Shown here in pieces: positions 1 to 8,613 of a stretch of 64,000 nt of DNA. Each line of letters starts with the position of its first letter. Position 1 is the first letter of the stretch. The stretch lies in the NCBI GenBank assembly GCA_965218425.1, contig OZ244621.1:1568001-1632000 (forward strand), read 5' to 3'. The notes beneath the pieces were generated by a model that saw nothing but the letters and a program-made list of their open reading frames with translations, did no database searches and had not been told where the DNA came from. The translations under genes were made by a program, and so were the position numbers. The DNA comes from an uncultured Candidatus Binatia bacterium. Lineage in GTDB: Bacteria > Desulfobacterota > Binatia > UBA9968 > CAXXLF01.

Positions 1-279
1 GCGCTGAACAAGCACCGCGGCAAAGGCGGGCAGAAGGTGACGGTCGAGCATGTCCACGTCCATGCCGGCGGACAGGCGGTGGTCGGCGCCTTCAAGGGAG
101 CGGGGAATGGTAAGCGCGCGAATTCGGAGAAACAAACCAGTGCAGAGCAGAATGCCCATGCACCTCAGCCCGCGCTGCGGAGCCCGGACACGAAAAAGGA
201 GGCCATGCCGGTCGCCCGCGATGGCGAACGGCCGCTGCCGGATGCATGGGGGAACCTCGCCCGGCGCACCGATCGGTAA
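1..279 (+). CDS. C-terminal part of a conserved phage/ICE-associated hypothetical protein (5' end outside window)
   Basis: The frame is open from base 1 and reads ALNKHRGKGGQKVTVEHVHVHAGGQAVVG. This motif is typical of the small protein that overlaps HGGxSTG genes in proteobacterial mobile elements. Confidence 0.6.
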   Translation, partial: ALNKHRGKGGQKVTVEHVHVHAGGQAVVGAFKGAGNGKRANSEKQTSAEQNAHAPQPALRSPDTKKEAMPVARDGERPLPDAWGNLARRTDR

Positions 280-403
280 CACCAATGCGCTCAAGCATGG
301 GCGCTACACCGCCAAGGCGATCGCCGATCGCCGGGAGCTGGCGACGCTGCTGCGCACGATGCGCGTGCTTGTGAAAAAGGCGACGGGCAAGACCAGATTC
401 TAG
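152..403 (+). CDS. HGGxSTG-domain protein (small basic Cys/His protein, phage-associated)
   Basis: Sequence RCGARTRKRRPCRSPAMANGRCRMHGGTSPGAPIGNTNALKHGRYT. ATG at 152 or 158 is a more likely start than 50. Confidence 0.8.
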   Translation: MPMHLSPRCGARTRKRRPCRSPAMANGRCRMHGGTSPGAPIGNTNALKHGRYTAKAIADRRELATLLRTMRVLVKKATGKTRF

Positions 404-458
404 CGGCTTCGCCGCCGGTCGCCACGCTTTGCCAGAGGAACGATAGCGGCGCGCTCAG

Positions 459-671
459 CTATCCTACTCGCGAGCATGGGTAGGCGTTCTTTATGTAAAG
501 ATGCAGGAATCTTCCTTTAGACGCCGCCCTCATCAACTGATCGTATATATTTCCAGGGCAATTATAGTATCGATAGATCGATCCACTTCGAAACTCGACC
601 TCCAAAGTTTGTGTCGGCGCATCGTATCCGATCGACGCAACATTCGATGACGTTACCAAGTATCGTTTCAT
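459..671 (-). CDS. KTSC-domain protein
   Basis: 70 aa from ATG 671 (MKRYLVTSSNVASIGYD...TLEVEFRSGSIYRYYN...LMRAASKGRF), which matches the KTSC pattern. Confidence 0.85.
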   Translation of the reverse strand: MKRYLVTSSNVASIGYDAPTQTLEVEFRSGSIYRYYNCPGNIYDQLMRAASKGRFLHLYIKNAYPCSRVG

Positions 672-749
672 TCGAGTCACTCGTTCGTCCTTTGGCTCAT
701 CAGTCACCGCTTCGCGACTGATATTGACCTCTTTAGCCACGGCACGAAA

Positions 750-894
750 CCGGGGTCAGGCAACATGAAAAAGGGGGCAAGCTCCAGCAGGACGGCGGTT
801 GTAACGGCCATTAAACCTGAAAGGAGCAGATCCCATGCCTTACGTCGGGATAGACTATCACAAACGATACGCCCGGCTAAATGCCATCGACGAG
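750..894 (+). mobile_element. IS110/IS1111-family left-end remnant, copy 1 (leader hairpin plus first 20 transposase codons)
   Basis: ATG 835 gives MPYVGIDYHKRYARLNAIDE, which has the GID.HK start of IS110 DEDD recombinases. The upstream arm GGGG..GCTCC pairs with GGAGC..CCC over the RBS. 132/145 identical to 11741-11885. Confidence 0.75.
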
Positions 895-1071
895 AAAGAA
901 CCGCATCCATGCTTTAGAACACCGCGTCCAAATGGACAGGACATTCCAAGGGAGAATTGGCGCAATACAAGCCGGAATCCGAAAGGGAAGGAAACCCAAA
1001 ATAGCAAGAAGGCAAGCCTGATACCGGTTACTTGACAAAAACCATTGAGGTAGCCATCCGTGTTTTTTGCA

Positions 1072-4000
1072 TCACGTCTTCGATCGTGGAAAGAGGGGCA
1101 TCCACTGGGCACCTCCCTTGCCGGACCCGTGCAAGATGGGCAACGAGTTGTTTGGACAATTGCGTGAAAACGTGAGTAAAAGTCCTTGGTCCTTGAACCC
1201 TAAGGGGGTGCGCTTTTGCACTCGGACTCCGAGGTCTCTAAGCAGAGTCTTAGCAGCGCTCATCTCCTCTTTCGACTCCCAGAAGCCAATGGAGCTAGTG
1301 AACGCAAAATGCTTGCTCTCCAGTGTTTCGCAAATCTCCAGGTCGGCATTTGGCATGGATTTGTTCAAATGCGCTCTGACTCGATACTCGCCCTCCACGG
1401 TGCTACAAAGTACGATCACTGACAAAGGTACTTCCGTTCCAACCTTTACCTGTTGGAACAAGTCCGAAAGTTCCGTTAGCTTCTCCACAAGGTTGTGTCC
1501 CGTACCAATCATATCATCTACGATGACCAAGCCGATATGTTTCCCGTCGTACTTGTTACCGACGACGTCATCAAGTTGAAGAGGTGTGACCACGTTCTCT
1601 GAACGAATCTCATTCGTGCGCGCATAGAGTTCTGCATAGAGTGCGCCACTCTTTCCAGGTCCATCGACGTAGGAGACCAAGATATCGTCCCGATGTTGTG
1701 AACGACTCTTTTGCACAGGCACCGGCAGTTTGCCACGGATCCATCTATGCGCCTCCGAAAGTTTCTTTCTGGTCTCGAGGTCACTAACAAAACGAACATT
1801 TTGCAGCAACTTGAGCAACCACCTCCGTTCAATGTTTGACTCTACTTGTTCAATCCATGCTCTTATCTTGTCTTCTGTGATCTGGCGTCCCTGGTAAAGG
1901 TCCCATTTATTTGCAACATCGACGATTTCCGTTGCTCGGACGTACGCTATGTCTTCACGATGTTGTTTAGCCTCAGCTAGTTCGTCACCCAACTGGTCAC
2001 TAACAAGCATTGAAAACCCACTTTCCCTTAGCCAAACGGCGAACAAATCAACGGCAGGCAGATACGCGCCGTTCTTCTCTCTAAACACTCTACGTCGGCA
2101 TAAGTCTTCCAAGAGGGGCAAGACTTCAGTAGTATTGAATACGCCAGAAAGTACATTTGCGCCAATGGACTCGTGAGTCAACGGCTTCTTTGATCGTGCG
2201 GTGCGTGCCCAGGCCATAAACAAGCGACACCGCTTAATCGAAACAATCTCAATGTCATTAGAGTCACCGCGTATGCCGTCTCTCCAGTAGTGCGCGAATG
2301 CATTTGTGTCGAGAGTTGCAACGACTTGTTCCGCGGCCTTCTCGACTTCAGCACTTGATATTTCAGCGTCCTTGGTCTCAACTGCGCACTCATAGACTTT
2401 TGCACATAGCATCTTGGTAAAATACGGGTGCCCGTCCGTAAGTTCGAACAATTTGCGGAGGGCAGGTTCGTGCAATTTAATCACATTCTCCACAGGAGTC
2501 TGGATCAAGGCGCGATAATCTCCCCACTCAGTCTGTAGACTGAAGCTGTCAAGTGATTCGCGATTAAATTTATTTAGTTTCTCTCCTTGAGATGCCATCA
2601 CATAAGGCATCCGTTCAGCGCCTACCAGCACGAATGCGATGTTACTCTTGGACGAAAGCGTTCGCAGATTTAGGAAGAACGTGTTCGCTAACTCTCCGTA
2701 CCTGTACAGAGACTCGTTGATTTCGTCGAACTCATCTAAAATCACAACAAAACGCGATTCCGGCTTTTGAGTTCTTAGTTGGTCTAGAAGACTGTTTAGA
2801 GGTATTAGAGACGATGAAAAGTCCTCCGATAGCCAACCAGCGGACTGTGGCAAATTTTCCGCGAGAAATCTCTCCAATTGTGTTCCGAGCTCCTTCAACG
2901 TGTCCTCGCCCGACGAATGCCGGATTTCACCACACTCAAGATATAGAACGTTATAGTCACCTGGATGTATGTTATTTTTGATTTTAGTCTCGACGGCACG
3001 AGCAAGAGAGCTCTTTCCTACGCGCTTTTGACCGGTGATGTAACAGGACTGCATCGAGTCGGAAGCCAAGCGGCGTAGAATTCTTTGCACAGCGTCTTTA
3101 CGCCCGTAAAACTCCTGGTCATGAGCGACTTCGAGGCTATAAGGCTGTTGGCGCGAGAGGTCATCCCAATTGAGGTCGTTACGCTGGCCCTTAGCCGTCA
3201 CAGAGAATGTTCGGGTATGATTCGAGGGGTCACCGATCACGCCCCACTGGATTTCTACTTCTAGCTCCAGGCTTTCACGTGGCTCGGTCACGTTGACGAT
3301 CAGTGTCAGCACAAACGAGCCGGGTTCTACATCGCCTAAGCTCGTCTCCTCGCTTTGTATCTCGCAGTGGTCTGCAACACAGGTAGCCCGAACATTTTGT
3401 GCCACGCCTGGGCCTTCGTTGGTAAGTGGTATAAAAATCTGAATCTCAGAGTCGGTTACGTGAAGTGGATATTTCTTTTCGATTTCAAACGGACTGACAG
3501 GCACAGAAATTATGCAAGCAAACTTATCAGCCATGGTTTCTTGCTGCGCCCGTGCAGCAGTCTGGGCTTGTAGAAGGAAAGGAAGCATGTACTCTTGCAC
3601 AATGAAGGTCGGAGTATTCGCGTATTGATTTAGTTCGTCAGCGATGCTCTCTAGCAGACACTGCATGCTTGCCTGTAGCTTGTGTCCCTGAGACTGCGCA
3701 AGACCATCAACAAGTTTGAGTAGGCTACTAACAGATGACCGCACAGGGTCGAATCCAAAAGCGTTCAGATAGCTCTTCGTCGGTCCGTGATTAAGTTCCG
3801 TCAGAATTGTCTGACGGCGACCCCATAAATCCTGTACGCTAGTGAACGGTTGCTGTAGATAACTCAAATGTTTACAAGCTGTATGGTGTATCGTTTTAGC
3901 CCATTGGATCTTTTTGTGATTTGGAGCATTCTTGTCCGGGAAAACCTTCGAGATCAGGTCAGGGCAACCTTCTTCGATTAGCCGCACAATGTGGCGTCGA

Positions 4001-4281
4001 CCTTTATTGATGTCGTCCGTAGTCAGAACGTCCGTACAACTGACCAGTCGAATGGAGATTAAACCCATGTCTCTCTTCATGTTATCGTTGCAACCTTTCG
4101 CGATTGCTTCGAATGTGTCGGCCAGAGAAAGGGAAGAGTCTGGCGCGATCTGAGCTAGATTCTGGAGCGAATCGCTAATGATGCGACGTGCGTTGGAAAG
4201 GTTGGAAGGATCGGTATTCAATTCGTAGAGTACAGATTCGATTCGAAGAATATCGTCATGCAAGTCATTCATTTTGTACAC
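1072..4281 (-). CDS. STAND-like AAA+ ATPase with an Ig-like region and a C-terminal PRTase-fold (PRTase-CE-like) effector; candidate defence protein
   Basis: Motifs: PY...FYGR, Walker A GQKRVGKSS, Walker B VVILDEFD and GxP (ELTDGHPYF). The C-terminus has GKSG, IVDDMIGTG (PRPP-binding loop) and PLGF...NCPNNSLPIL...WMPLFPR. GC is lower than in the adjacent hsd genes. Confidence 0.75.
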   Translation of the reverse strand: MYKMNDLHDDILRIESVLYELNTDPSNLSNARRIISDSLQNLAQIAPDSSLSLADTFEAIAKGCNDNMKRDMGLISIRLVSCTDVLTTDDINKGRRHIVRLIEEGCPDLISKVFPDKNAPNHKKIQWAKTIHHTACKHLSYLQQPFTSVQDLWGRRQTILTELNHGPTKSYLNAFGFDPVRSSVSSLLKLVDGLAQSQGHKLQASMQCLLESIADELNQYANTPTFIVQEYMLPFLLQAQTAARAQQETMADKFACIISVPVSPFEIEKKYPLHVTDSEIQIFIPLTNEGPGVAQNVRATCVADHCEIQSEETSLGDVEPGSFVLTLIVNVTEPRESLELEVEIQWGVIGDPSNHTRTFSVTAKGQRNDLNWDDLSRQQPYSLEVAHDQEFYGRKDAVQRILRRLASDSMQSCYITGQKRVGKSSLARAVETKIKNNIHPGDYNVLYLECGEIRHSSGEDTLKELGTQLERFLAENLPQSAGWLSEDFSSSLIPLNSLLDQLRTQKPESRFVVILDEFDEINESLYRYGELANTFFLNLRTLSSKSNIAFVLVGAERMPYVMASQGEKLNKFNRESLDSFSLQTEWGDYRALIQTPVENVIKLHEPALRKLFELTDGHPYFTKMLCAKVYECAVETKDAEISSAEVEKAAEQVVATLDTNAFAHYWRDGIRGDSNDIEIVSIKRCRLFMAWARTARSKKPLTHESIGANVLSGVFNTTEVLPLLEDLCRRRVFREKNGAYLPAVDLFAVWLRESGFSMLVSDQLGDELAEAKQHREDIAYVRATEIVDVANKWDLYQGRQITEDKIRAWIEQVESNIERRWLLKLLQNVRFVSDLETRKKLSEAHRWIRGKLPVPVQKSRSQHRDDILVSYVDGPGKSGALYAELYARTNEIRSENVVTPLQLDDVVGNKYDGKHIGLVIVDDMIGTGHNLVEKLTELSDLFQQVKVGTEVPLSVIVLCSTVEGEYRVRAHLNKSMPNADLEICETLESKHFAFTSSIGFWESKEEMSAAKTLLRDLGVRVQKRTPLGFKDQGLLLTFSRNCPNNSLPILHGSGKGGAQWMPLFPRSKT

Positions 4282-4421
4282 ATCCTCATTCCTAATCTTC
4301 CCTCTTAGCCTTCTTGACTAACAAACGATTTGACGGGTTCAATTGGCCTATGAGCGGCTTGCACATTGGCTGCTTCCGATCCGTATCGTCCATCGGACTC
4401 TGGCGTTTTCAAGGTAAAACA

Positions 4422-6065
4422 TCAAGAGCCAGTATTACCAGACATTATGGGTCCAGCCCCGAGCGCAGCAGCGAGAGGTTCAATGCGTTTTCTGAGTTTC
4501 TTGGCCAGAGCCTCGTCACCCTGAACTCGGGAGATCAACGTTTGCTCATACGTCTTTCTACCTTTAAGTTCGAGGGCTTCAGTAATAGCTTTAAAAACGC
4601 TGCTCTCGCGGAGCGGATAGCGAGCAACGAGTTCGTCCAGTTTCTTCTCAGCAACAAGTTTCTTGAAGCGCACCAACTCATCTTGATAGGGAGAATCGGC
4701 AGACAGGTCGAATTTTGGCTTGGTTTTGATACATTTCCAATCGGGGACTTGCCGTAGTATCATATCACGTACTCGACCTTCGCAACGCCGCGCCGCCATC
4801 TTTTCGGCAAGGCTGTCCTGATTCAGGGCATCAAGTGCTTTCCGTGTCGCAGACTTTATCATATCGTTTGCGTCGCAACCCAGTGACTCTGCTTGTCGGT
4901 GGGCGACCGCGGCAATGGCATCTGAGCAATAGTAGAGTGCTTCGACCGAGTACACGTCCAAGGCAAACACGCCCTCCTTTGCAAGCTCCTGTATTTTGTC
5001 TTCCGCTTGATTGTCCCCATCGATAAGCCCAAACGCCTCGACGTGATGGAGATATCGGGATCCTCGCAGGCCGCTCACCGCTCTATGGACATCGATGCAA
5101 CTTCCCTTCGGCACCACCGAGATATCCGGAAATAGCGTGTGATAAAGTGGAAGGTCCAAACTTTGGGGCTCGCCTTCAACAAAGAGAATTCTTTTCCGGG
5201 AACCCAAGATAGCCCGTTTAAGATCCTCCGGCAGGTGTGCGTTCGCTTCAAGGAGTTTGACATCCCAAGCTTTTGCTGCGTCGCCGCTCCATTCGCATGA
5301 GCGAACCATCAGGACGCGTGCTTCCGGGTTGGCGACCGGCAGGTCGACCTCATGCGTTGAGACGACAAATGCGCAATCCGTGCGACGATCAAACAGTGCC
5401 GACAGAAATGGCTCGATGATGGACCGATGAAGATGCCGTTCCGGCTCATCAATCAACAACACGGTTCCCGGATCGACGGTTAGCATGGTGGCCGCTATTA
5501 TTGCGGCGTTCCGCTCCCCATCCGACATCTGAGCGATACTGTACGGCGCACTGCCGTCTCGATGCTGCGCGAGTATCTCTTCGTCATTGGAATTTTTGAG
5601 AGTGACCGCCAGCGTTCCGAGCGCGAGCAATTCGTTGAGTTGATCAAACGGAGAGGGCGATTTATCAAATTCCGCCTGTGCCTGTGATGGGTTTCGAGCA
5701 GCATGATGCTTGATGATGGACCGAGCCCGGGTGTTCTCCTTGGCAACCAAGTCAAATAGAACGGCCGATTGTCTTTCTTGTGCGTTATCATCTCGCCAAC
5801 GAGATTGGTTTTGTATTTCGCGCGGCGTGTTACTCTGATCAAACCATTTGCGCTGCTGCGGCGTGAGGTTGATGCTCCCGGACTGAAACCATGTCTGTCG
5901 ATGCGCCGAAATGCGCCTGATTTTCTTACCTGGATTCGATGAAACAAGGTGTTGAATCAATGCCGATTTTCCAGAGCCATTGGCGCCAACAATGAAGAGC
6001 CGGTCGTTGTCATCGAGAGATATTTGGAGCGGTTGGCCTGAAATTTGAGGAATATTCCAATTCAT
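4422..6065 (-). CDS. ABC-type ATPase fused to a TOPRIM/DUF4435-like nuclease (PARIS AriA-AriB fusion-like or OLD-like)
   Basis: Walker A GANGSGKS, signature MSDGER, Walker B LLIDEPERHLH and STH. The TOPRIM part has ILFVEG...D, GLIDGD and YSVEAL. Confidence 0.75.
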   Translation of the reverse strand: MNWNIPQISGQPLQISLDDNDRLFIVGANGSGKSALIQHLVSSNPGKKIRRISAHRQTWFQSGSINLTPQQRKWFDQSNTPREIQNQSRWRDDNAQERQSAVLFDLVAKENTRARSIIKHHAARNPSQAQAEFDKSPSPFDQLNELLALGTLAVTLKNSNDEEILAQHRDGSAPYSIAQMSDGERNAAIIAATMLTVDPGTVLLIDEPERHLHRSIIEPFLSALFDRRTDCAFVVSTHEVDLPVANPEARVLMVRSCEWSGDAAKAWDVKLLEANAHLPEDLKRAILGSRKRILFVEGEPQSLDLPLYHTLFPDISVVPKGSCIDVHRAVSGLRGSRYLHHVEAFGLIDGDNQAEDKIQELAKEGVFALDVYSVEALYYCSDAIAAVAHRQAESLGCDANDMIKSATRKALDALNQDSLAEKMAARRCEGRVRDMILRQVPDWKCIKTKPKFDLSADSPYQDELVRFKKLVAEKKLDELVARYPLRESSVFKAITEALELKGRKTYEQTLISRVQGDEALAKKLRKRIEPLAAALGAGPIMSGNTGS

Positions 6066-6084
6066 CAGATATTCTCCTAGTGGA

Positions 6085-8604
6085 TTAACCGCCCCACACT
6101 CGCCCGATGGCCGCGCTGATCTTCTTCTCGAAACGTTCGATCAACTCGCGGTTGGCGGCGACGAGGGCTTGCTCGGCTTCGATTTCGGCGACGATTGCTT
6201 GCTGCGTGTCAGGAGGCGGCAGAGGTATTTCTGTATGGAATAGTTGGGATCTGTTGATCTTTGGAATGCTCGCACGCTCGTAGTGGTGGCAAATACGCTG
6301 GTTAAATGATTCTGACAACATGTATACGGACAAATAGTGAATTTTAATCTTCGAACTGTTCGTTATCAGCGGATAGATGTCGGAACTGCAATAGCCATGA
6401 ATGTCAACAATTCCGAGTTTGTTCAGGTAAGGTCGGATTTTACTGTACAAAAGGCGCTCGCCGGAGAACTCGTAGACTGGTCCGCTGACTCCTTGATTCT
6501 GAGCTGTCTCCACTTTTAAAAATTTACCGGTATGTGATTCAATGCTGTCAGAGCCGAAGTAAGGTAGTGTAGGATTCACTGTCTTCGTAATTGATCCACC
6601 CATTGTGCAGATCTTTCCCAACTCCACCATCGGCCACTCGGGGTCAATTGCGATATGCGGCCGGTAGTTGTCTACCACCGCCCGCGCCCCGTCTATCACA
6701 CGCTGGTAGCCCTCTATCTCCGCCACGATCTCCCGCTGCACCTCCGGCGGGGGCAGGGGGATTTCCAGATTTGCGAACGACTGCCAGCCTATACGAGGAA
6801 GCTGTGCACCTTTGAGTTGGCTCAAGACTTCATCATTAAAGTGACCACTTCGAAAGACATAGGCGTACAAGGCTGGTAAGACGCGTCCATCCAAGGATCG
6901 GACAACGAATATATCAGTCGAGCAGATGCCCTTCCGATCCGAGAGCCACACCTTGTTGAGGTTCGGCCGTAACTTTCCATAGAGAATATCGCCGGGACAG
7001 AAGACATTCTTAAGACTCTTGATCCCTGCTGGATTATCGGTCGCGACATTCCCCGATAGTTGCCCGCTGGTCTGAGTGATGTTTTCCAGCCCTATGCAAT
7101 TCACGGGACCACGGAGCGACATCGGCAAGACAGTTTCCTCCGCCTTCTTGAATACATCTCTCACTCTCACGGAAGGCCACTCGGATAGGATGGAGTGTTC
7201 AGTCCGATACCTTTCCCCGCTCAGGTTGTAGTCCCCGCCCGCCGCTATCTTCTCCTTCTCGGCGATCAGACCGAATGCGGGTCGATAGTCGTCCGTTGTG
7301 TACCGCGCCCCAGGTTCCGCTACACGATCCGTCGGCGTCGGCTGAATTGCGTCCACGGATTCGCCCGCCCGCAACCGGCGCAGATATTCGCCAAGCTCGG
7401 CCCGCACGTGAGGCAGGTCGTTCCTGTCGATGGGCCGGCGCTGGGCGCCGAGGTCGTAGCCGTCGTTTGCCACCTTGAAGAAACCTATGCGGCCGGTCTT
7501 CTTCGCCAGCGACTTGTCGAGGATCAGGATCGAGGTCTTGACGCCGGAGTAGGGATTGAACACCCCGGCGGGCAGCGAGACGACGGCGACGAGGCACTCC
7601 TCCACCAGCATCCTGCGCAGTCCCTTGTGGGCGGTCTGGCTCTGGAAGACGATGCCTTCGGGCACGATGATGCCGGCGCGGCCGGAAGGCGTCAGGTGCT
7701 CGGCCATGTAGTCCACGAACAGCACCTCGCTCCGCTTGGACTGGACGGAGAAGCGGTTGTGCGGCCTGATGCCGCCCTTGGGCGACATGAACGGAGGGTT
7801 GGCGAGGATCACGTCGGCGTACTCGTTCCAGCGGTCCTGGCTGGTGAGGGTGTCGTATTCGGATATGTGCGGATCGGCGAAGCCGTGCAGGTACAGGTTC
7901 ACCAGCGACAGGCGCACCATGTCGGGCGAGATGTCGTAGCCGTTGAAGTCGGCGGCAAGCTTCCCTTTTTCGTCGGGTGTCAGCGTGCTGTGCCTCTCGT
8001 CGTCGGTGTTGGCTTCGAGGATGTGCTTGTAGGACGAGATCAGGAATCCGGCGGTGCCGCAGGCGGGGTCGAGTACGGCCTCGTCCTTCTTCGGGTCGAC
8101 GACGGCGACGATGAAGTCGATGATATGGCGCGGGGTGCGGAACTGTCCGGCGTCGCCCTGCGAGCCGAGGACGGACAGCAGGTACTCGAAGGCGTCGCCG
8201 AGCCGTTCGGAGTGGTCGTAGGCGAACTCGTCGATGACCTTGAGAAAGGCGCGCAGGGTCTCGGGGTCGCGGTAGGGCAGGAAGGCGTTCTTGAAGATCT
8301 CGCGGAACAGCGGCGGGATGCCGGGGTTCTCCGGCATCCTGGCGATAGCCTCGGCGTAGAGGTCGAGAACCTCGTGTCCCCCCAGCCCCGAGCGCATCAG
8401 CTTGGCCCAGCCGTAGCGGGCGAACCCGCCGGCGAAAAATCTCCGCGCGCCCCCGAGTTCCTCGCTCCCGGCGTCCATGTCGTCCATGAACTTGTAGATC
8501 AGCGCGATGGTGATCTGCTCGACCTGGCTCTTGGGGTCGGGCACCTTGCCCACGAGAACGTCGCGGGCGGTGTCGATGCGGCGCTTGGTGTCGGTGTCCA
8601 GCAT
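6085..8604 (-). CDS. hsdM-hsdS: Type I R-M N6-adenine methyltransferase fused to the specificity subunit (HsdM-HsdS)
   Basis: GQFRTP, DPACGTAGFL and NPPF motifs, then two TRDs, each ending in an EIPLPPP..Q..IVAEIE conserved helix. Confidence 0.9.
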   Translation of the reverse strand: MLDTDTKRRIDTARDVLVGKVPDPKSQVEQITIALIYKFMDDMDAGSEELGGARRFFAGGFARYGWAKLMRSGLGGHEVLDLYAEAIARMPENPGIPPLFREIFKNAFLPYRDPETLRAFLKVIDEFAYDHSERLGDAFEYLLSVLGSQGDAGQFRTPRHIIDFIVAVVDPKKDEAVLDPACGTAGFLISSYKHILEANTDDERHSTLTPDEKGKLAADFNGYDISPDMVRLSLVNLYLHGFADPHISEYDTLTSQDRWNEYADVILANPPFMSPKGGIRPHNRFSVQSKRSEVLFVDYMAEHLTPSGRAGIIVPEGIVFQSQTAHKGLRRMLVEECLVAVVSLPAGVFNPYSGVKTSILILDKSLAKKTGRIGFFKVANDGYDLGAQRRPIDRNDLPHVRAELGEYLRRLRAGESVDAIQPTPTDRVAEPGARYTTDDYRPAFGLIAEKEKIAAGGDYNLSGERYRTEHSILSEWPSVRVRDVFKKAEETVLPMSLRGPVNCIGLENITQTSGQLSGNVATDNPAGIKSLKNVFCPGDILYGKLRPNLNKVWLSDRKGICSTDIFVVRSLDGRVLPALYAYVFRSGHFNDEVLSQLKGAQLPRIGWQSFANLEIPLPPPEVQREIVAEIEGYQRVIDGARAVVDNYRPHIAIDPEWPMVELGKICTMGGSITKTVNPTLPYFGSDSIESHTGKFLKVETAQNQGVSGPVYEFSGERLLYSKIRPYLNKLGIVDIHGYCSSDIYPLITNSSKIKIHYLSVYMLSESFNQRICHHYERASIPKINRSQLFHTEIPLPPPDTQQAIVAEIEAEQALVAANRELIERFEKKISAAIGRVWGG

Positions 8605-8613
8605 GGAGAGACT

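Noticed and set aside
751..790. Tn3-family terminal inverted repeat (GGGGTC start)
   Set aside because: The copies are direct rather than inverted, there is no 38-bp TIR ending TAAG, and no Tn3 transposase or resolvase is present.
835..1035. 66-aa ORF as a functional transposase or small protein
   Set aside because: Only the first 20 codons are IS110-like and the rest is read-through into unrelated DNA. Copy 2 diverges at the same point.
4282..4421. Integron attC site between defence genes (GTTAGTC on the minus strand)
   Set aside because: There is no matching RYYYAAC inverse core or convincing attC hairpin, and no integron integrase in the window.
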